Below are positions 56,623 through 64,000 of a DNA stretch of 64,000 nt, in pieces. Location: NCBI GenBank assembly GCA_946965045.2, contig OX337232.1, positions 2,232,001-2,296,000 of the forward strand, in the 5' to 3' direction. The DNA comes from Epithemia pelagica. Its lineage: Eukaryota; Protista; Bacillariophyta. Below the pieces are notes generated by a model. That model did no database searches. It was not told where the DNA came from and worked only from the letters and a program-made list of their open reading frames with translations. Each line of letters opens with the position of its first letter. The stretch's first letter is position 1. Position numbers and translations under genes: made by a program.

Positions 56623-57577
56623 GCTTGAACCTGCAGTAAGCCAGGGGGCATCCCGAATCAATCAACAAAGTCGAAGCGCTCACAGAGTAATCAAATCTGC
56701 TCCTTTTATGGTAAACCCTTACGGAGTTTGCGGCCAGACCGGAATCAAGAATGGAATATTGAGATGCCCGGATGAGTTTCCAAGGAATGCGTTCAATTCA
56801 ACAATCCAAAACAATCCCGAAAACGCAGCCAGCTCTTGTTCTCAACTCCTTGGTGCTGGTGCAGAATGGTGTGCAGGCTGGCAGTCCAAACCTTTCAGGC
56901 GTGTCGTTGGTGTCGATTGTTCTTGGTGATATAGAGAGTGAGTGCGTGCTGGTGTTAGCTGTCTCTCACACCTCACACAGCATGTATGTGTGAAATGTGA
57001 GAGCGAGGAAGAGTTCGGGGCGCTTTTGTTGCAAACGATTTTCATTCCACGCTTTCTCTCCCACGCTTCGGAATTTGGACCCATCATCCCGAGTCTTAGT
57101 ATCACCCAGAAAGTAGACCTCGGACCACGTACGCACTGTTGCTATTTACTAAGTATGATAGAAATCTACACAGAAAACGCTCCCGTAAAGGCGCGCGGGC
57201 CATACTGGCTGGATGCGCGTTCGTCCCCATATGTCCCTACCCGAGACAAAACCAGCCCCCACGATCGAGCCTGCTTGTGAGTGTCCGGGTTCCCCTTCCG
57301 ACGGTTACGCGTTTCGATCCGGTTTCCACGTTCGTTGGGTCTCCCGCCGTTTGGTGCGAATCGCGAATCCGGTCGCTGTATGGATCTTTTTGATGAGAGA
57401 AGATCTTTCTGGCTGAATTCAATTTTGACGATGACGATCAGGATCGCAGTCAACTTTAGGGAGCGCCTTGGCAGTCACCAGCGGTTTACGTAATTACATG
57501 GTAAAACTGGAAAGAGGCAACGATTGTTGTTGTGGACGTACTACACCTCCGCAGTGACGAAGGAGCAAGGATACAGA

Positions 57578-59241
57578 ATGGATTCTTACCTAACTTTTTT
57601 ACCGAGAGGTCTTCACTTTGTTGCTGAACGCCTGGTACTACAGGCACTGAAAGAGCATCAAGTTCATACCGAATGTGTTGGAGATGAGATCGATAATAGT
57701 AGTTCTTCGGACTACCTTGCTCCCAAAGCGTCCAAGAAATCCCAACTGGACTCAACCATTAGCAATGCCTGCTGTCGTTGTCAAGTTGGAACTTCTGAAG
57801 ACGAACGATTCAATCACATTAGCGTTGGGTACGACGAGCACAGCAAGAGGATAAGCACAGTACCGGGAAGTTTTTCGGGTGTTGTTTGGATGAAAATTAC
57901 AACTACAGCACCTCCCACCCTCGTCGGAACGAGGCTTCGATGCATTGGCCCGATTCTTGCGCTGACCGTATTCGAAGATGGTCTCGATATTGGCGAAGAT
58001 AAATCTCTTGGCCATATGACTGACACGCTTGTGACAATAACGGGTTCACGTTCCTATGCTCTGAAGAGCTCCCTTGATCTTTGGAGAAGACATGTCGCTG
58101 AGTGCTGGCCAGAGATTCTCGGGAGCACCGGCAATACGCAGCTGACCAATCGAATGGTTAAAGACGACGCAGTACTTTCCTATCGGCTAAGTTGCGTGAG
58201 ATCCGATAAGAAAAATCACCTGTTTAAACGCCAGCAGTTGGCGACCGTGGCTGCCGATCATATTATACCTCCCAATTCGCCGTTGACAGAGGGATGGAAG
58301 GTAGAACTAAAGGCCTATGACATTGAATTCGTGCTGATTGTCAAATCACATTGTCTTGCCATTGGGGTCAGTTTGCGCCCCTACCAATTCCTGGGAGCCA
58401 AGGACTTTTCTTCCGGTTCCTTGCTCCCACCCGATATTTCACCACCCTACCTTTCTGGACAAATATTGTCTGGGCTTGTTCGTCTACGACCCACAACCGC
58501 TCAAATGATGCTCCATTTGGCACACTTGGAGCCTGGAGATGTCCTGTTGGATCCTTGCGTCGGTATTGGTAAGATACGTTGATCCTCTGTCTCGCGTTGA
58601 ACCAAATTTGTTCATTTTCTGACTTTCTTTCTCGTCAATTGTAAGGCACCATACCCGTGGAAGTTTGCTTTCTTCCTTTTGGAGTAATTGCTCTCGGTGG
58701 AGATTTAGTTTTGACACCCAAAACATTGGGAGATATCGGGAGCGACTACGTGAAGCGCTCCCGGCAGCTTCGGAAGTCGGCTTTTATCGCTGACCTTTTC
58801 TCCAGTGATGCTTGTCAGTTACCGTTCAGGGACGGATTTGTCGACGCGGTAGTATCAGACTTGCCGTTTGGGCAAAGCTGCTTATCGGCCGCGAAGCTCG
58901 ACCAGGTACTGCCCCTAATTTTGCACGAAGTGGCGCGTGTTTTGAAACCTGGAACGGGACGAGCTGTTCTTCTTTGTGGATCCTATGTACCTGTATTGCA
59001 GACCCTGAAGAATGCCAATGAAAACTCGACTGACGTGTGGATACTTCCATGTACAGCGATATTTCCTGTGAACATTGGCGGGCTGGTTGCTTGGATTGTT
59101 CAAGTCAACCGCGGGACTGGCACCGCAGCATCATTTGACAACTGCATTGCAAGGGTGAGAAAACTGGTTGAAAAGAGGGAACGCGTCGCAAGAATGCAGG
59201 AAGGAGATAAAAACGCGACAAGAAGACGTTTACAGTCGTAA
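57578..59241 (+). CDS. THUMP-domain RNA methyltransferase (UPF0020; THUMPD2/3-like); intron 58569..58645
   Basis: YLTFLPRGL start, a THUMP-like SYRLSCVR segment, LRPTTAQMML, DPCVGIG|TIPVE across the intron, and SDLPFG. Confidence 0.85.
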
Positions 59242-59340
59242 AAACGAGGCGCATTTAAAGAAGTTGAATTCTTTTCATCAAGTCACACTGTGTTTCCTTC
59301 CTGCTCTAATTGTTTATATCTACTCCCTGCGATACGTTCG

Positions 59341-62010
59341 TCATACAATACCGTGGACTCGAACGCGATACAAACATGAAATTGATTCCCCCCAATTACT
59401 GTCGATTGCAAGCTTGATTGTTCCCAACTGAGGAACCGCGTCTCCGTCAATTTCGCGAGGCACATGGAACTCTTGCAAAGAAGATTTCCTTCTGTCCACA
59501 ATATCGTATGTAAAAGTGCCCAAATGCCATGGAGTACCCGATGCATTCATGTCCTCGTATCCTATTACTTGGAATTGTTTGATCGCTGATGTTGGCTGAC
59601 CGCTAATCTCTTCTGGCGGGTGTTCAATTAATACACTGTCCACAAGTATCCGTTGGGCTAGCTGAACCGTCAAATCTGCGAACCGACCAACGCGTTCGTT
59701 TGCTTCGTCGCGCTCGAACGCCCAACATTGGCCCAAGGAGTTGCTGGGCCACGTTGGAGTAAGAGCAGCTTCTGCGCCATATCCATAAGATTTCAAAGAG
59801 AGCAACGCGCCCAATCGGTTCAAGACTGGCAGAGACTCCGCAAACGAAGGAGAGGTAAGATGGTGTAAGACTTTTGCACCAGAGTGCAGCGATGCGAAGT
59901 CAAAGCGATCGGTTCGATCTGCAAGTTCCTGTTGCATTCGAGACTTCACCCAGCTTCGCACATCATCCATTGTAGGACGGCTGGCAGGAAGGAATGAGAG
60001 TTGAGGTGCCTCTGCTGCCAAGCTCTCCACTGGGAAATCATCCGCAACGGTGTCCACCATCGAATTGAAGTAGTCAATGAATTCTGCATGCTGAATGAAA
60101 CCTTCAATTTCTTGTAATACCTCGTCCTCGAAATCTTTCATAAGAGCTGCTGCCGTTTCCTCGGTGAGTCCGGTAGTCTTCTTCTTCCTGTACGAGCGTG
60201 TACCTGGAGAGACTCTACAGTCCAATGAAGGTGTTGACGGTTTCCACAGATCAACAGCATCAATATCCAACAAATGATCCTCTGATTCACCCAGTAGCTT
60301 TCGGGCAGTATCAATATTGTCTGTCTGATCAAAGTCCATGCCACTCTCCACAATCTTTGCAAGTATCAGAGAAAGCTCCTCCATTTTGACCTTTTCATCG
60401 TGAATCATAGTGCTTGTAGAAGCAAGGTCTTGTGCCGATTGATGGTGCTTTGATGCAATTGTAGGAAGTAGTTCCAACAGTTGCTCCCGTTGTCTTTGAA
60501 ATTCGTCCAAAAGATCGTTCAATCGCACCGACAAATCCTCCACTTCCCGAGCCATTGAAGTCTGTGTCGCTTCTTTTTCTAACAACACGGCTTCCAAAGA
60601 TTGGACATCACTGAGAATCTCTTCATTTTCCTTTGCAATTCTTTCGTTGGACAGCATTAAGCTATCAAGCTTCTCAGAGCGAGACACATTGAATTCAATT
60701 CTTTGCTTGTTCTGCTGTTCAACTTGCGCGTTCCGTTTGGCGATTTCTTCATTCGATTCTCTCAAAAAGATCTTTTCCCTTAAGAGAGTTTGATTGACAG
60801 AATCAAGACGAGAGTTAGTTTTGATTCCCTCCGACTGTGATCCCAGACCTCCCGATGCAATGGTGTCAATCGCGGTTGGCGTTAGTGATGTTGCACGATG
60901 GTTTGAAAACACATTGTGATAAAGAGATGCTAACGATTTGGAGCTCCCAACGACATGCTGATGGAAATTTCTAAGGAAAAAGAAATTGAAAAAGAAAAAG
61001 ACAAACGACCAGAACAACACACTCGTGAAACACGCGCCGACTGGACTGGTCGGGTCAACATTTTCACTGTTTTCCACTCTTTCATCATCATCAAGCGGTT
61101 GTTGTATTGACACCTCCTGCTGCGGAGTCTCCGGTTCGCCAGAAGCTGCATGATGGCTTTCGTGGATGACATCACCTGAATGTTCCAAGTTGACATCGGC
61201 CATACTAGCGCGAGGCGCATCCTCCCTCTGCCCCTCACCCAAATCATTTGACAAAGGCTCATCTAAGTTTGACGAATCCTGCTGATCAACGCCAAAACTT
61301 TGCGGGAGTGGAATAACCTCTTGGTCGTGTACAATGTCTGTTCCAGGAAGTTTGCCTGGTGTATGTTGATACGGAAGTCGCAGTCGATCAACAGAAGGAG
61401 CTCGCACAGGTTGATCGGTGTGGGAAACCACTTCTAGCACAGCCTCCATAGGAGACTCTTGTGCAGAGGTCATGGCCTGATGAGTTCCGTTCGAAACAAT
61501 AGCATCACTAGAGGCAAATTTCTCATTAGTATCTTTCGCAGATTCAACCATTTCGACATCTTCCGCTTTTTGCACTTCGTTATCCCCAGTTACATGTCTT
61601 GGATCAACTGAACCTCCACTTGTACCATCTCCTTTCTCGCCACTTTCAGACGACTCCTGGGGAAATGACGGCAGAGGCTGCCCCGCTACGCCAGAAATGG
61701 TCGCCTCGCCCGGAGCAGGTTGCTCGTCGGAAGCCCTTCGAGCCTTTTTTGCTGGAGGTATCGAAGGCGACAACGTCAATCTTCGCTTCTTTGAACGTTG
61801 ATCGGACTCAGATGTCGAATCGGAAGGTCTCGCTTCCCGAGCAGCTTGAGCCGCTCTCCGTGCGCTTCGAGTTGTCCGCCGACCTCCTGACGGGGGAGAC
61901 GGTAACGGTGCTTCGTCAATCTCCTCCATTGTTGGATCATGCTCCTGTTCATCATTGCCTCCGCCCTCCATGTTTTCCTCTACACTGCGCCCGGCGTTAG
62001 GGGATGACAT
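59341..62010 (-). CDS. SUN-domain (Sad1/UNC-84) nuclear envelope protein
   Basis: Basic N-terminus, one TM segment (LFWSFVFFFFNFFFL), a coiled-coil, and a C-terminal SUN domain (RFDFASLHSGAKV, GQCWAF, IEHPP, IDSNWG, CLYRVRVHG). Confidence 0.92.
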   Translation of the reverse strand: MSSPNAGRSVEENMEGGGNDEQEHDPTMEEIDEAPLPSPPSGGRRTTRSARRAAQAAREARPSDSTSESDQRSKKRRLTLSPSIPPAKKARRASDEQPAPGEATISGVAGQPLPSFPQESSESGEKGDGTSGGSVDPRHVTGDNEVQKAEDVEMVESAKDTNEKFASSDAIVSNGTHQAMTSAQESPMEAVLEVVSHTDQPVRAPSVDRLRLPYQHTPGKLPGTDIVHDQEVIPLPQSFGVDQQDSSNLDEPLSNDLGEGQREDAPRASMADVNLEHSGDVIHESHHAASGEPETPQQEVSIQQPLDDDERVENSENVDPTSPVGACFTSVLFWSFVFFFFNFFFLRNFHQHVVGSSKSLASLYHNVFSNHRATSLTPTAIDTIASGGLGSQSEGIKTNSRLDSVNQTLLREKIFLRESNEEIAKRNAQVEQQNKQRIEFNVSRSEKLDSLMLSNERIAKENEEILSDVQSLEAVLLEKEATQTSMAREVEDLSVRLNDLLDEFQRQREQLLELLPTIASKHHQSAQDLASTSTMIHDEKVKMEELSLILAKIVESGMDFDQTDNIDTARKLLGESEDHLLDIDAVDLWKPSTPSLDCRVSPGTRSYRKKKTTGLTEETAAALMKDFEDEVLQEIEGFIQHAEFIDYFNSMVDTVADDFPVESLAAEAPQLSFLPASRPTMDDVRSWVKSRMQQELADRTDRFDFASLHSGAKVLHHLTSPSFAESLPVLNRLGALLSLKSYGYGAEAALTPTWPSNSLGQCWAFERDEANERVGRFADLTVQLAQRILVDSVLIEHPPEEISGQPTSAIKQFQVIGYEDMNASGTPWHLGTFTYDIVDRRKSSLQEFHVPREIDGDAVPQLGTIKLAIDSNWGESISCLYRVRVHGIV

Positions 62011-62895
62011 GAATCTTCCAAATGAAATCTTGTCGTCTCTTCCTTTCCATTGGAGTCTAAGTTGACCTTGCCATTGGAAATTGGAATGCGAGTAAGTCGC
62101 TCTACGTAGAGACCGTAGAGAAATCTACCACTACATAATAGACAATAGTCTTTGGTGGGGTCGTCAAAATGATCCACCCTCACCCCCTGGTAAAATGGGG
62201 GGCCCAAGGCAGCGGCGAGGAAGAAGAAGGGGAGGAAAAAGGGGAGGATTTTGGCAGCTCAACTCGTGATACACCTCAGCGCTCCAGTAGGGCACAATTA
62301 AATTTTGTTGTTGTTGTAAATGTAGGAAGCGCATGTTTGCCGCGGTGTGACTGTGACGATTTATCGCCGCGCGCTCTCTTCGGGTCCGCTCATCCATATT
62401 TCCAAGAATCCAATAGACACGTGCTAGTTTCTAATCGCATCTTCGGCGACCCAATCTTGTTATGAAGATAGGACGAAACAAATCGTTCCGCGCATCGGCC
62501 GGCGTGATATCGCCAAAGTTCTATTATGGCATGTAGCGAAGAACGCCAGTCGTGCTGCGATATTTAGTCTCATTGGGTCCAAAGTCGCCAAGGCACACAG
62601 ACGTTGAAAGAGTGTTAACGTTGCCAACAGAAGTCGTGCCTCGCTTCCTGAGATTTGGAGTTTGTCCATGATATGAAGAGTGAAGAGAAGGGAAAGTGAT
62701 TATCATTGAAACGTTCCGGGATACTCGTCCAAAACTATTGTCCCCTCTCAATCGTCCTCTTCGTGATTGCGGTTGCGTGGAAAAAGGTTTGCCCATCCAT
62801 ACGAGGTTGCCTATCTGGTCACATTCTACTTTGGGAAGAAACCGTACTGCAATTGTAGGCCTGTCTCGGGGGAGTGCCGGAAGGAAAAACACAAC

Positions 62896-64000
62896 ATGAA
62901 GTCGACTGTGGCAGCAGCGTTGTTTATGGCTGCAACAGCCCATGCCAAGCTTGCTGATCGCTCGCGAATCGTAAAACAACGACAGATGGATGGCAAAATT
63001 TCACAATATCACGACAATGGAAGAGCCATTGAAGGACAGGCATATCGTTCAAGGCGCAGAGATATAGAAGCCGATGTTCAGCGACGCCTGGAAGCAGATG
63101 CTAGGGAGCTCGAAACAAAACAGAAATACCCTCCAACCACAACTCGTCAAACAACGATGAAATCCGCTCCATGGCAACTTCCCTTAAGAGAAGGCGTCAG
63201 ACCGTCTCGTGAAGAAAAGGATTCACTGGATGAGATTGAACGAAAATTGTCTTCCCAGTTGACCGGCTGCTGCTACACGTACTCCGGAAACTCTGCAGAG
63301 ACCATGTGTGCCCTTTATGGCAATGACTGCAGTGAAGAGAAAGAGAATTCTCATGATTCTGGTGATGGCAATTGTGAACAAGATGGTCTTTCATTCATTG
63401 GTGTTTCATTCTCCGTTAACACTGCTAGCGGAAACCCTTATTCCTACCAACTCAACGATCAATTCCCAATGGAAAACATTATCGATCGCGACTACGATTA
63501 CGTAATGAGTATGGACGAAGATGGGTGGCTTGTTGGAGGTGGTTATAAAGCATTTGACTATTCGGGAAAGATGCCGTAAGTCCTTCACCAACAGCGTATG
63601 ACATCATTGGATCGTATTCAGTTTCTTCACTTTCCTAACCATCATTTTTTGTACTGCAGATACATCGATTCGTCACATACTGAGCTATTACGTATCGGAA
63701 ACATGAATCCAGACAAAGGAGGGACCTCGATTGATCAAGTCTACTACGCCATGGATGAGATTACATTTCCCCCGTTTTCCATTTACCCCGAATATCTGAA
63801 AGGAGGAGGAGGCCATCATTCAGGAGATGGAGACAATGCTGGAGTCCCAAGTGGAGATGTAACTCTCATCGTTTCTGTTGTGGAGACATACGAAGAGGAT
63901 GATTCAGCGTCCAGTTACGAGACCTTTTTGGAAAATCTCTTTGATGCAATGGACAGCTCTGGAGGTGGACCCTGTATGGATGACCATGATACTGATCCTC
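62896..64000 (+). CDS. Secreted protein of unknown function, runs off the window end; intron 63576..63659
   Basis: Signal peptide MKSTVAAALFMAATAHA and an RRL motif. The GT-AG intron splices KMP|YIDSS in frame, and the frame stays open to 64000. Confidence 0.7.

Noticed and set aside
1-64000. tRNA, rRNA or snoRNA genes
   Set aside because: I recognised no cloverleaf, rRNA-like or box C/D sequence by eye. A tRNAscan-SE/Infernal run would be needed to exclude them.

Overview
Eukaryotic genomic DNA with short GT-AG introns, most consistent with a diatom. The evidence is a CoDi-like copia element, a plastid bipartite-type presequence on CtpA, and an RXL/PSxxPS-type secreted protein. The species cannot be determined from the sequence. 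The gene-dense host segments (1-8.9 kb and 29.8-64 kb) encode a PLD-family protein, HADHB-type thiolase, a GET1-like protein, CtpA, a TruA-family pseudouridine synthase, a carrier-like membrane protein, an EBP/EXPERA protein, GPATCH1, a JmjC protein, a Pro/Ser-repeat Lys-rich secreted protein, a BEACH/WD40 giant protein, TFB5, a CTL/SLC44 transporter, a THUMP methyltransferase and a SUN protein. Between them lies a ~20 kb transposon island (~9.0-28.7 kb) with five elements: (i) a Mutator-like element carrying a convergent TET/JBP-like 2OG-Fe(II) dioxygenase gene; (ii) and (iii) two distinct PIF/Harbinger elements whose second gene is a Myb/SANT-like domain joined to an alpha-crystallin/HSP20-like domain; (iv) an 813-bp TTAA-flanked piggyBac-like non-autonomous element; (v) a young non-autonomous Ty1/copia element nested in the second Harbinger. 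The best candidate for an undescribed system is transposon-borne putative anti-silencing cargo: MULE-TET/JBP and Harbinger Myb-ACD. All domain calls are by-eye motif recognition; no database searches were run.
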